From IMG/VR virus record IMGVR_UViG_3300023199_000021, positions 32,001 through 96,000 of that record: a stretch of DNA of 64,000 nt. One strand, given 5' to 3'. The DNA comes from a virus. How positions within the stretch are numbered: position 1 is the first letter of the stretch; every line of letters starts with the position of its first letter. Below, in pieces: positions 7,686 to 16,550 of the stretch. A program made the position numbers and the translations under genes. The notes beneath the pieces are model-generated. The model worked only from the letters and a program-made list of their open reading frames with translations. It did not search any database and was not told where the DNA came from.

Positions 7686-7736
7686 CTATGAACTACCACA
7701 AGTCTTGCTCGATGGAAACCATCTGTTGAACTGCAT
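7686..7736 (-). mobile_element. Tiny TnpB (IS200/IS605/IS607) remnant
   Basis: MQFNRWFPSSKTCGSS* matches the TnpB RuvC-II/Zn-finger junction xDRWFPSSKTCSxCG. Confidence 0.5.
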
Positions 7737-7945
7737 TATTCTTCCTTTTCAAACATCAGAGAAATAGCATTACGCATACCGTTCACGATAGGACGCAACT
7801 TCTCGTTGTCACAGCCCCATACATACACCCTGTTCCACGCCTGCTGATATGGTTTAAACTTCTTACGATTCGGGCAGCGTCGGGGAGATTGTTGAACACC
7901 ACAATGTCTTTTGGTTTGATTTCTTGCATTTTTCCTGTATTCCAA
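7736..7945 (-). CDS. Hypothetical protein
   Basis: 69-aa ORF; start uncertain. Confidence 0.4.
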   Translation of the reverse strand: MEYRKNARNQTKRHCGVQQSPRRCPNRKKFKPYQQAWNRVYVWGCDNEKLRPIVNGMRNAISLMFEKEE

Positions 7946-7950
7946 TTCAA

Positions 7951-8187
7951 TTATGTCTTAAAGGACTTTTTAACGGCAATTCCAAGACAATAGAAGTAAC
8001 CGCCTAGTAATAATGACCCTATGAGCCTGTATTCCATGACCTCGCTAAAAGTGGTGACAGCGACTCCCCCTAAGATACTTATTGACAGGAGCAGCGTCCA
8101 GACTTGAGCTATTTTTTTCATAATTCTTCGATTTTTCCCACCTCCAACCATCTGAAAAGATACATAGTCTTTTGTATATTCATCCAT
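7951..8187 (-). CDS. Small two-TM membrane protein
   Basis: Two hydrophobic segments; the true start is probably MKKIAQ after a GGAGG-containing leader. Confidence 0.55.
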   Translation of the reverse strand: MDEYTKDYVSFQMVGGGKNRRIMKKIAQVWTLLLSISILGGVAVTTFSEVMEYRLIGSLLLGGYFYCLGIAVKKSFKT

Positions 8188-8377
8188 AAATGATATACAT
8201 GATTCTCTACTAGTACTATACTACTATACAGACAGAATTCCCATCGGCAGTTGTAGTAGGTCGAAAAGTTCCATCGAACACTTTACTCGGCAATAAGTGA
8301 CTTTTTGCTCCAAAACCCGAAATTTTGGGGAAATTTTTACATTCAACAATTTAAGAAACCTGTCCGGTTCAGCCTCT

Positions 8378-8405
8378 ATTGTACCATGCTATATACAGAA
8401 GTCAA
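8378..8405 (-). promoter_or_regulatory. sigma70-type early promoter
   Basis: TTGACT-16 nt-TACAAT. Confidence 0.65.
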
Positions 8406-8869
8406 GACTTTTTCTGGGGTATTTTAAAGTAGTAGAGAAAATCTTTTACTCTCTTAGCGAAACGAGATCAAAAAATGTCGAAAACAATCTTCTGGGGTGT
8501 TTTCCTTGTAATTTTTATTCCCACCGCAACATTGGCACTACTCACTAGTCTGTGGTATATATGGGCCAGTCTGTATACTATGTTAATAGTCGGCATGGTC
8601 ACTGAGGCGTATTTTGTTAGAAAAGAAAAGAGAAAATAGCGGGTACACACCACCCAATTATACTTTTTTCAAGAATCTTCCAAAAAATTTCCGGTTTTTT
8701 CCCGCCAGAACTTTCGCCGGAGGTACAATATATGGTAGAAGGGAATATTAGTGTACTGAGGTCAAGGTACAGACTTGAAGGTGGAACAGCAACAATGGCA
8801 ATTACGGACTCTACTGGGTGTTTAATAAAGTAGAGAAAATAATTATAATAAAGTATTAAAGGGGAAGAT

Positions 8870-9097
8870 ATGGATTTACCAGACAATGTGTTCGAGAGGG
8901 ATAAGAGACTGAATGAGATTGCTAAAGAGTTCTTCAAGATAGACTTTGAAAGTTCAGAGTTTCATATCGTCATGCAAAGTGCCCTTATTTCTTTACTACT
9001 TAAAAAGGGTATTTTTACAGAAGAAGAATTCTCGGCTGAGACAGAGGAAGTCGGTACAGCGTATAAGCTCATGAAATATCGAAATTCTTTGCAATAA
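8870..9097 (+). CDS. Hypothetical protein
   Basis: AAGGGG RBS; LISLLLKKGIFTEEEF motif. Confidence 0.7.
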   Translation: MDLPDNVFERDKRLNEIAKEFFKIDFESSEFHIVMQSALISLLLKKGIFTEEEFSAETEEVGTAYKLMKYRNSLQ

Positions 9098-9149
9098 GAG
9101 GTTGGAATAGTGTATAATTGTGGTAGACAAGTTGGGGCTGGCCCTAGAG

Positions 9150-9522
9150 AGGACACCGAGTTAAGTGATTTAACTTTTTTGTCTACGGCATTTATCATGG
9201 GGTGGAATGAGAAAGCCGTTCGGGAACTGGGAATGGCACTTTCCCAACTTTTGCATTAAAGCCGGGAGCCAAGTTCGGTCACAATTTAACAGATGATGAT
9301 TTTGAACCCTGTGAGGCTGAAGGTTACGTCATCAGGATAGCGGATTCTTTTCCTTATGACGAGTTTCGACAGAATTGTGCAAAATTTGTACGAGCCAATC
9401 ATGTCCAAACGGATCAGAACTGGATGACAGCCCCGATGCACCCGAATAAACTCAAAATTGATGGACTCGTTCCATTTTCTGCCTTATTCTTAGGTAACAA
9501 TAAATATCGGAGGCATCAATGA
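9150..9522 (+). pseudogene. RNA ligase family (nucleotidyltransferase) C-terminal remnant
   Basis: EAEGYVIRIADSF...CAKFVRANHVQTDQNW (motifs IV and V); frameshifted YHGV/WNEKAVREL upstream; the N-terminal KxDG motif is absent. Confidence 0.72.
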
Positions 9523-9578
9523 CTGTTGAAGACGACTTACTTATCTTTTTCTAAATAATTCGACAGAACTGACGTGTT

Positions 9579-9698
9579 ATGAGATTACTAAGGACTATAC
9601 TAGCCACAGTACTCATGATGATCGCCAGCCTGTTTAAAATTCTCTGCATCTCTATTGCTCCTGCCGATCTTAAGCAATCGTTCAAGGATAATATCTAA
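9579..9698 (+). CDS. Small hydrophobic protein (39 aa)
   Basis: MRLLRTILATVLMMIASLFKILCISIAPADLKQSFKDNI*. Confidence 0.35.
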   Translation: MRLLRTILATVLMMIASLFKILCISIAPADLKQSFKDNI

Positions 9699-9728
9699 GT
9701 AACCTCTTTGCTACTTTACCCAACTCAC

Positions 9729-9887
9729 AAAACTCGCGTGCTAATGACTATCGCGGGACTGCTAAAGCTAGTTAGGCTGGTTCAGTGATTGTTTCAAAAA
9801 ACTCCAGTGTTATACAGTCTGATTAGACTATCTTAATAAAACTCGCGTGCTATAGACTATTTCCGACTGCCATAAGCCAGTTGGGGT
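9729..9887 (+). repeat. Imperfect direct repeat, 2 copies of about 50 bp
   Basis: AAAACTCGCGTGCTA..GACTAT..GACTGC..AAGCxAGTT at 9729 and 9838; a partial third copy (AAAAACTCCAGTGTTA) near 9797. Confidence 0.75.
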
Positions 9888-9918
9888 GCGTCAATTAATT
9901 TGAGCAAAGATAATTCCA

Positions 9919-9950
9919 AAAAAAAACCCCACCCCCGAAGGGTGAGGTTG
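9919..9950 (-). terminator. Rho-independent terminator after DUF932
   Basis: AACCTCACCC-TTCG-GGGGTGGGG followed by a T run. Confidence 0.85.
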
Positions 9951-9970
9951 TGTACACTGGTCCAGGCCGA

Positions 9971-10927
9971 TTAGGTTGCCAACGCCACGGCCTGAGCCAG
10001 GGCGTCACGGCTTTGGTTACCGTTTTGGCCGAACCACAGAGAGTTTAGCCGGTTCGCGGGGTTGCGACCCTTCTCGTAGTTCAGGTATTCGGTCACAGCG
10101 TTATACGCTGCCCACCAAGTACCCTTAACTCCCGGCAGGTCGTTACCCTTGCCAGTTTCGAACAGGTTTTCCACCTGTGCTATGATGTTGGCGGAACGAG
10201 TCGAGATATCTTCCTCGTTCTTATAGTGCTGCTTGAACACGATTCGAACGTACTTCTGCAAATCCTCGGAATTGATCGAGCGAGAAGCAAGGAGCCGGTA
10301 TTCGTCGCAGGTTGTTTCAAACTCCTGATCCGCGAGATTCATAATATCTCGCAACTTCTCAACATTTTCCTTGACAAACTTGTGGTGACGCACGCGAATC
10401 AATTTGGATGCCTTGCAGTTTCGGGCAAGGGCCTCGGTATTCGCACACACAACGCGAATCGGAGTAAATCCGAAGTGAACCGCGAGCTTGCCATCGTGAC
10501 CGTTGGAGAGCAGGGCGAACTTGGAAATCTCGTCACCAGGGACGATCTGCGAATTGTCCAATGCCAGTTGACAGAGAACCCAGATTCGCTCGCCATTTCG
10601 GAGCGAGCCAGCGGTATGCCAAGCCATATCACCGGATTCTACCAACGGTTCGAACACCTTGAACGCCGAAGCATTTTGCAGAGGGGTCCAGTGAGGGCCG
10701 ACAACACCCAGAACCTGATCATCGGATTCACGCACGCTCACCTGTGCGGGAACTTCGGCATACTCACCATTGGCGAGCTTACGGTAAACCGGCTCGGTAT
10801 TAACCTCCCAGTTCAAACCAGCCTTTTCCATGACTTGTGCGGTCGATTCCGAACCGTCCAACTTCTCACCGATTCCATGCCACGGAACTTCACCAAAATA
10901 CGTCATCGTTTCAACTGCTGTGGACAT
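9971..10927 (-). CDS. DUF932 / phage-plasmid protein (TIGR03299-like)
   Basis: PWHGIG, AGLNWEV, LQN..AF, TAGSLRNG, LLSNGHDG, TPIRVVCANT and GTWWAAYNAVTEY motifs. Confidence 0.92.
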   Translation of the reverse strand: MSTAVETMTYFGEVPWHGIGEKLDGSESTAQVMEKAGLNWEVNTEPVYRKLANGEYAEVPAQVSVRESDDQVLGVVGPHWTPLQNASAFKVFEPLVESGDMAWHTAGSLRNGERIWVLCQLALDNSQIVPGDEISKFALLSNGHDGKLAVHFGFTPIRVVCANTEALARNCKASKLIRVRHHKFVKENVEKLRDIMNLADQEFETTCDEYRLLASRSINSEDLQKYVRIVFKQHYKNEEDISTRSANIIAQVENLFETGKGNDLPGVKGTWWAAYNAVTEYLNYEKGRNPANRLNSLWFGQNGNQSRDALAQAVALAT

Positions 10928-10974
10928 AAAGCATCTCCTAAAAAAAACAGAAAATTGTTGCTCTCGATACTTCT

Positions 10975-11002
10975 ATTATACCAAAAGATTACTCGTTGTC
11001 AA
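10975..11002 (-). promoter_or_regulatory. sigma70-type early promoter for DUF932
   Basis: TTGACA-16 nt-TATAAT. Confidence 0.8.
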
Positions 11003-11213
11003 GGTCGGAAAACAAATTTTTCCAACAATTATCGCAGGTCTGCGAAATGAGCATTTCACGCTCACCGGCACTCAGGTATGGCATAACGTCATGAATGTAG
11101 GCTCCGGCACACCATTCGTTCCAGTCTGCAATATCAAACCAGATTGTGACAGGGTTGCCACACATGACGCAGGAAAGCGTCAGGCTAGTTTCTCGTTCGG
11201 TTGTGGGCATCAT
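10989..11213 (-). CDS. Small Zn-finger-like phage protein
   Basis: CVMCG...IHDVMPYLSAGEREMLISQTCDNCW. Confidence 0.75.
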   Translation of the reverse strand: MMPTTERETSLTLSCVMCGNPVTIWFDIADWNEWCAGAYIHDVMPYLSAGEREMLISQTCDNCWKNLFSDLDNE

Positions 11214-11347
11214 TTTTTTTCCGAAAAATCCAAAAAAACCCCACCACTAGTGCAGGGTTTTAGTCATCGTGGGGTTGAAGCCATAAGGTGACCACAGTTA
11301 GGAGGATCAGGATTGCAAGCATCCACCCCACTAACAGGTGGTGAAGC

Positions 11348-12112
11348 TCAGGCATTCTCTCCCCCATACGAACCTTTTCCTTTCAATGCTTTCAATGCCT
11401 CAGAAGCGTCGGAACCCCGCGGTTGAGTACCGTGAATTAGCAGGGCAAAATCTTGATCGGCAATGCTAGGTCGAGACGCATGGCTATCATCATGGTCGAT
11501 TTCCAGACCCAGGCTATCGGCTTCGGCGGCGGAAAAAATAACCTTGGCCGAACGAAAACCATGCTCGGCAATCATGCTATCATGCCGACCGCCATAGCTT
11601 GCAGTCAAAACAAAATTGTCCAGACTATCAACATCGGATCGACGTGCCAACCAATATGGCAGACTTTTCGTGTATGCGTAGAACAATCGGTCAGAATGAC
11701 GGATCGCCATTGCTACCCATGCATCGAAGTAGGCTTGTGTGAAAAAATCACCTGCCACATGAATCCGGCAGACACCGAGATTTTTCGGCATCGACTGGTT
11801 AAGTAGTTGGAACATATCATCGGCAGACTTCAATTCGCGAAGATTGTGGTCGCGAAGATTATAGACGCTGTTATATTGCACTTCCTGCGAAGCAGAAAAA
11901 CAACGGAATTGAGTTTTAGGACCGTCCATGATTTGCCGTTTTCCGTTTGGTAAAATGGTAGCTTTGGACAGGCATTGTTCGGCAAACGGACACGACCATC
12001 CGGAAAGCAAGTCTAGACTATAGACTTTCCTCTTATCTTGCAGAAATTCCACTAATTCAGGGACCTCATACAATGCTTCGGTTTTGGCGTTTGCTGGCGA
12101 GTACTTCAACAT
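11348..12112 (-). CDS. GP88-family protein
   Basis: GWSCPFAEQC...CFS, RIHVAGDFF and FYAYTKS motifs typical of Gene product 88. Confidence 0.8.
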   Translation of the reverse strand: MLKYSPANAKTEALYEVPELVEFLQDKRKVYSLDLLSGWSCPFAEQCLSKATILPNGKRQIMDGPKTQFRCFSASQEVQYNSVYNLRDHNLRELKSADDMFQLLNQSMPKNLGVCRIHVAGDFFTQAYFDAWVAMAIRHSDRLFYAYTKSLPYWLARRSDVDSLDNFVLTASYGGRHDSMIAEHGFRSAKVIFSAAEADSLGLEIDHDDSHASRPSIADQDFALLIHGTQPRGSDASEALKALKGKGSYGGENA

Positions 12113-12143
12113 ACGATTTATCCTTTCGAGTTCTTATACTTCC

Positions 12144-12184
12144 ATTATACAATAGTTATCGGCATTGTCAACCCTAAAACTTTA
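12144..12184 (-). promoter_or_regulatory. sigma70-type promoter with interleaved sigma28-like boxes
   Basis: TTGACA-16-TATAAT overlapped by TAAAGTTT-13-GCCGATAA. Confidence 0.7.
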
Positions 12185-12492
12185 GAAAAAACAAAGTCGA
12201 ATAATCTTTTCCGTCAAACATATTAGGGCTATCGTTTCTGATAAAATTGCCCTTAACCGGCAGGGGATGAACTCTACAGGGCAGCGTTCACGTTGTAACG
12301 CTGTTTGGCTACTCACTTGATATATTGGAAAATGTAAGAGACGGGTTTGCCTTTTGTCCCAACCACCTATAACCCGAAAGGTCAGTGGTCAGGCCGCATT
12401 GATCAGGTGCGGGATTTTACGACCATCGCTTTTTACCGCGAATCACTTTCGCATCAATCAGAGCGTTACGGCCTTGTTCGTTCGTGTAACGG

Positions 12493-12708
12493 TCATACCA
12501 GATTGGCTCTTTTCTTGAAGTTTGCACGAGCTTCTAGCTCTTGGCTTTCCATGAAGTAGCTTCCACAGAATGTTGCCTGGGGAGCAAAGTCAGTGGCTTG
12601 CCACGTTACCCACTGACCTTCCCAATAACAGAGATAGGTCCACATTCCGCGACTGAAAACCTTGTCGATGACCTTTGCACCGTTAGGTAGGATTTCGGCT
12701 TCTTTCAT
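12493..12708 (-). CDS. Hypothetical early protein
   Basis: MKEAEILPNGAKV...WVTW...GSYF; GAGGGG RBS. Confidence 0.65.
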   Translation of the reverse strand: MKEAEILPNGAKVIDKVFSRGMWTYLCYWEGQWVTWQATDFAPQATFCGSYFMESQELEARANFKKRANLV

Positions 12709-13053
12709 CTTATCCCCTCTACAGATAATAAACAACAAACGATTCGGGATCAACACCAGAGTGTTCTAGGTTGCCCATGATTTCTTCAAGTTTGGCTCTA
12801 TCACCGACCGTAGCCGATTGACACTCGCCACTCTTGTCTATCCATTCGAGTCGCCACACGAGAATTTTCCCTCCCCAGCGAGCTTTTCGGCTTCTTTGAG
12901 ACTCATTTGGCTCGATCCTTCGAATTTCAATCCGTTACGGCTAATCGAAGTAATCTTTACCTCGGATCCATCAACATTCAGACTATAGCCCAAACCGATA
13001 AGCATCATTATTGATACTCCTTCATTACTTTATGGAACTGTGCCGATAACTCA

Positions 13054-13332
13054 TTACTTGTCGAACAGTTTGAACAGTGGCGATAACAGCGAGCCAACGA
13101 AAGGAATTTCGATTTTCCAGATTGTTCGTTCAGCGTAGAATTGACGCCAACCTGACAATGTGCGGCAGGTTAGCAGGGTTCGCGAACGCCGGAATAGCCG
13201 ATCATACCAGCGGTAACAGTTTGGCATGATAACAGGGTCTTTCACCGTATCACGCTTGGTTTCAACGATACCAAAGCGAATAGCCTCCCCCGCGGCGGGT
13301 TGGAGATAGTTGAGAATTACGAGACTTTTCAT
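13054..13332 (-). CDS. Hypothetical early protein (possibly a WYL/SH3-like fold)
   Basis: Start MKSLVILNY; GWRQFYAERT resembles the WYL-like RxFxxxR motif. Confidence 0.6.
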   Translation of the reverse strand: MKSLVILNYLQPAAGEAIRFGIVETKRDTVKDPVIMPNCYRWYDRLFRRSRTLLTCRTLSGWRQFYAERTIWKIEIPFVGSLLSPLFKLFDK

Positions 13333-13428
13333 GTTTTCGTTTCTTTCGTGAACTTTGTTTGTTTTCTTCATTATACAGGATAGCGATTTGATTTTAACTG
13401 CTTTCGTTCTATACACAGAACCTTGCTA

Positions 13429-13833
13429 TTAAAGTTCGTTTTTGAGGTCATCAGCATCAATTAAGCCACCGGAAACCATACCGCCAACTAAAGCGACTTC
13501 AGCAAGGTATTGTGCTAGTTCATCGGTTTCATTGTTGGAGTAATCCAATTCGCGGTCGATATCGCGACCCTTAACTTGTGCGGCTAATCGCTCTATATTG
13601 CGAGCCTTAATCGCTTTGATCTTTTGGTACTCGTACTCTTTCACGTCGCACATTTTATGCAATCGTGCGAGCGTGCGACCGCCACGAGTGTTATCGTGCA
13701 TTTCTTCGGGTAACCAGCTATTCGGCACTATGATTATCTCGCGAATTGCGTTGCTCAAATTGTGAAACATACGCTGAGTTTCAATAGGCAGAGAATTGAA
13801 GGTTTCGTGACTTAGGTGAGTTTCGTTTTTCAT
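13429..13833 (-). CDS. Hypothetical early protein
   Basis: 134-aa ORF with AAGGA RBS, the first gene after the promoter at 13867-13894. Confidence 0.75.
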   Translation of the reverse strand: MKNETHLSHETFNSLPIETQRMFHNLSNAIREIIIVPNSWLPEEMHDNTRGGRTLARLHKMCDVKEYEYQKIKAIKARNIERLAAQVKGRDIDRELDYSNNETDELAQYLAEVALVGGMVSGGLIDADDLKNEL

Positions 13834-13866
13834 TTCGTTTTTCCTTATCGTGTTTCGTATACTAAT

Positions 13867-13894
13867 ATTGTACCATATGGTTCGGGCTTGTCAA
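13867..13894 (-). promoter_or_regulatory. sigma70-type early promoter
   Basis: TTGACA-16 nt-TACAAT. Confidence 0.75.
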
Positions 13895-14182
13895 CTAAAT
13901 TCGGCCTAATTTCATCAAAATTTGCAGAAAAGATTTTTTAATCGTCGTAATCGGCTTTGGATAGGTGGGGTTTTTTCAATGTCAAATGAAATCGTTGGGA
14001 TACCCCGAAAAACCGCAGGTGGTTCTCACACAACAAGCGACCCAAAAAGGAAATGACCACTTTTATTTTTCAGAAACCGCTGGCGTTTCAGAGGAAACCA
14101 CCACTTTTAAGATAGCCTCAAGCTCAATGAGACTCATTTCAGAATGTTCAGATTTGGCCTGTCCCCGCCACTACAGCTTCTT

Positions 14183-14389
14183 TTACTGTGGATTGTGTGT
14201 GGCAAGTCCGCAAATTCCACGGCCTGCCTTCTTCTTGACTCCAAGGTTTTGTCGCATTTTTCTGACTGCTTGTAGAGTCACTTGTCTACCTGATTGTTCA
14301 GTCAAAGCATCGGCAATTTCTTGGTCTTTCATACGATATGCATTATCTCGAATGAAGTTTTTCTCATTTTCAGACCATTTTACATTCAT
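14183..14389 (-). CDS. Small HTH DNA-binding protein
   Basis: WSENEKNFI...DQEIADAL...VTLQAVRKMRQNLG, basic tail KKKAGRG. Confidence 0.75.
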   Translation of the reverse strand: MNVKWSENEKNFIRDNAYRMKDQEIADALTEQSGRQVTLQAVRKMRQNLGVKKKAGRGICGLATHNPQ

Positions 14390-14482
14390 TTCCCCAATAT
14401 CTCCTTGAAAAAGTAGTCATAACGTGTATATACTATTGTAGTATCGAATGACAACTTTTGGCTTTATCCAATGGAGAAATAA

Positions 14483-14671
14483 ATGAAAGCCCCACAACAT
14501 ACTATTAAACAGTCCACGCTAAAGGCCGTTGCAAGTGAAGAATTGCAGGCTGAGGTTGGGCAAGAGCTTGCTTCCGCAGCACCGGAAGAAGAAACACCTA
14601 GTATGGAAGAAGTACTCGCTTCTGCTGAAGCTGAAGATGAAGTATCTGACGAGGAAGAAGATGAGGGTTAA
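14483..14671 (+). CDS. Small acidic protein
   Basis: GGAGA RBS; CGTGTATA motif upstream at 14423. Confidence 0.6.
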   Translation: MKAPQHTIKQSTLKAVASEELQAEVGQELASAAPEEETPSMEEVLASAEAEDEVSDEEEDEG

Positions 14672-14924
14672 GCTTTACTACGACGGGAATCCCGCACATA
14701 CCAAAGTAGTAGACCAAGAAACCGGCGAACTTATTGAAGGTGTTGTGTCTGCACATGTAGATATCGACGCCTTTAATGGTTATGCGACGTTGGTTCTTGC
14801 AGATTTTAAAGCAGAAATCTCAGACATAGAAGTGAGAGAAGATGAAAATCCCGCAGGGGTACACGGAGCAGGAAGTTCTGGAGATAATCGAGAGAATATC
14901 GAACAGACTAGCATCGACGTTTAA
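14661..14924 (+). CDS. Hypothetical protein
   Basis: Probable start MRVKLYYDG overlaps the previous stop. Confidence 0.55.
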   Translation: MRVKLYYDGNPAHTKVVDQETGELIEGVVSAHVDIDAFNGYATLVLADFKAEISDIEVREDENPAGVHGAGSSGDNRENIEQTSIDV

Positions 14925-15444
14925 GTTTGGCTATCATGAATTAGATGATATGAAACAACAAGCTGCGTTGTTCGCGTGGCAAGGACTGGACAACTATGAT
15001 GACGTGAGGCCACTCGAAAACTTTCTTTGGGTACACGTTCGCAATAGGCTCTACAACTTTAAACGTAACAACTACGCTAGACCAGACAAACCCTGTGATA
15101 ACTGCCCACTAAATGCCTATGTAAATCACGAATGTACAGCCTTCGCCAATATGATGGACTGTGAATATTATGCTAAATGGTTCGAACGTAATCAGGTCAA
15201 GAAGAACCTTATGAGTACGAAAGAGCATGATGATTACTTTGATCGTGACGACATCCCAATCGAAGACAAAATCCTTAGTAAAGAGATATACGAGTTGATC
15301 AACTCTAATATGCCTATTACTATGAGGGAAGATTGGATTAGGTATATCAATAAGGTCAAACTCCCAAAGAGCAAGAGGGAACTTCTATTCGAAAAAATCT
15401 TAGACATTTTAAAGGAGAATGGAATTGGGCCGCAAACGTGGTAA
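14842..15444 (+). CDS. Phage sigma70-family (region 2) transcription factor with a Cys-rich insert; candidate late sigma
   Basis: DDMKQQAALFAWQGLDNYD..RPLENFLWVHVRNRLYNFKR is region-2-like; CDNCP...C...C insert. Confidence 0.72.
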   Translation: MKIPQGYTEQEVLEIIERISNRLASTFKFGYHELDDMKQQAALFAWQGLDNYDDVRPLENFLWVHVRNRLYNFKRNNYARPDKPCDNCPLNAYVNHECTAFANMMDCEYYAKWFERNQVKKNLMSTKEHDDYFDRDDIPIEDKILSKEIYELINSNMPITMREDWIRYINKVKLPKSKRELLFEKILDILKENGIGPQTW

Positions 15445-16291
15445 GCTCTCAAAGCAGGAGCAAAACTATATTGAACAGAACTGTTTCGATCTTTCTTTGG
15501 AAGAAATCGCAAACAATCTAAACCGCACAATTGAGCCGGTTAAGAAGTACATCGACAAGAAGAATCTCAAAGCACGAGACTTGACCGATGACGAACACCT
15601 CTTAGCTACTTTACGATCCCGTTATTATTTCAAAGAGCTTGACAAGCAATTGAATGACGGAGAGATCATACTGTTCGAACATATGTGGATTGACTATTTC
15701 AAGCAATTCAACGAAGACGTTACACACACCGAGGAAATGCAAATCCTTGAAGTGATCAGAACAGAAATTCTTATCAATCGCTCGATGGAAGATCGCCAGA
15801 AGATCATGGAAAACATCGACACTCTTGAGAAGCTTATTGATGAAGAAATGAATAAGCCCACTGACTTCCAAGATACGCAGGCTCTAGCTGTGTTTCAAAC
15901 CCAACTTGGGGCTATGATCGGTAGCAAGTCATCCTATATCAATGAACACGAAAAACTTCTTACCAAGAAGGAACGATACCTGAAAGACTTGAAGGGTACT
16001 CGTGACCAACGTAAGCGTATCAGTGACGATGCCAAAACCAACTTCGGTATGTGGATGCGTCAGCTAGATAACCTTGAAATGCGTGAGAAGGAAGGCTTTG
16101 ATATGGAAGTACAGGCGATAGCTGCTGATAAAGCCCGTAAGAGATTAGCCGAGCTTCACGAATATGAAGATGGCGAAGTAGATCAGCCATTACTTAATTC
16201 CGAAACCGTAATAGACTTTGAGGATAATAAAAATGAAGACACCGAACTTCGATCTGACGAGACTAAAGACTCAGATCAAGAAAACAACTGA
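15419..16291 (+). CDS. HTH plus coiled-coil protein (possible small terminase subunit)
   Basis: N-terminal LSLEEIANNLNRT HTH, helical body; lies upstream of TerL. Confidence 0.6.
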   Translation: MELGRKRGKLSKQEQNYIEQNCFDLSLEEIANNLNRTIEPVKKYIDKKNLKARDLTDDEHLLATLRSRYYFKELDKQLNDGEIILFEHMWIDYFKQFNEDVTHTEEMQILEVIRTEILINRSMEDRQKIMENIDTLEKLIDEEMNKPTDFQDTQALAVFQTQLGAMIGSKSSYINEHEKLLTKKERYLKDLKGTRDQRKRISDDAKTNFGMWMRQLDNLEMREKEGFDMEVQAIAADKARKRLAELHEYEDGEVDQPLLNSETVIDFEDNKNEDTELRSDETKDSDQENN

Positions 16292-16550
16292 CCAAAACAT
16301 CATGGTCTTTGACTATGGTCCAACCAAGAAGCTTTTGTATTTGATGTTATCTATTAAGACAGTATATATTCCTTCTCGTGTGTATCCAGAGTTTGATCCG
16401 TGGGAAAGATAATGGGGTATGTCGTTCAAGCGAGTAAAGCTTTTCAACAAAGGCGAAATTTTACACGACTACTACGTAGAGGAACTTAAAGGCATCCGGT
16501 AAGACAAACATAGTTCTTGCCGTTGGAGACTCAGCAGTATTACTAGGAAC

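Noticed and set aside
9729-9887. Mini CRISPR array
   Set aside because: Only two imperfect copies with internal variation, no regular spacers and no cas genes.
10226-11050. 274-aa plus-strand ORF
   Set aside because: It is an antisense shadow of the DUF932 gene, with no RBS or recognisable motifs.
12320-12365. c-di-GMP-I riboswitch (GGCAAAC)
   Set aside because: The GNRA-capped P2 and the GACGCAAAGC element are absent.
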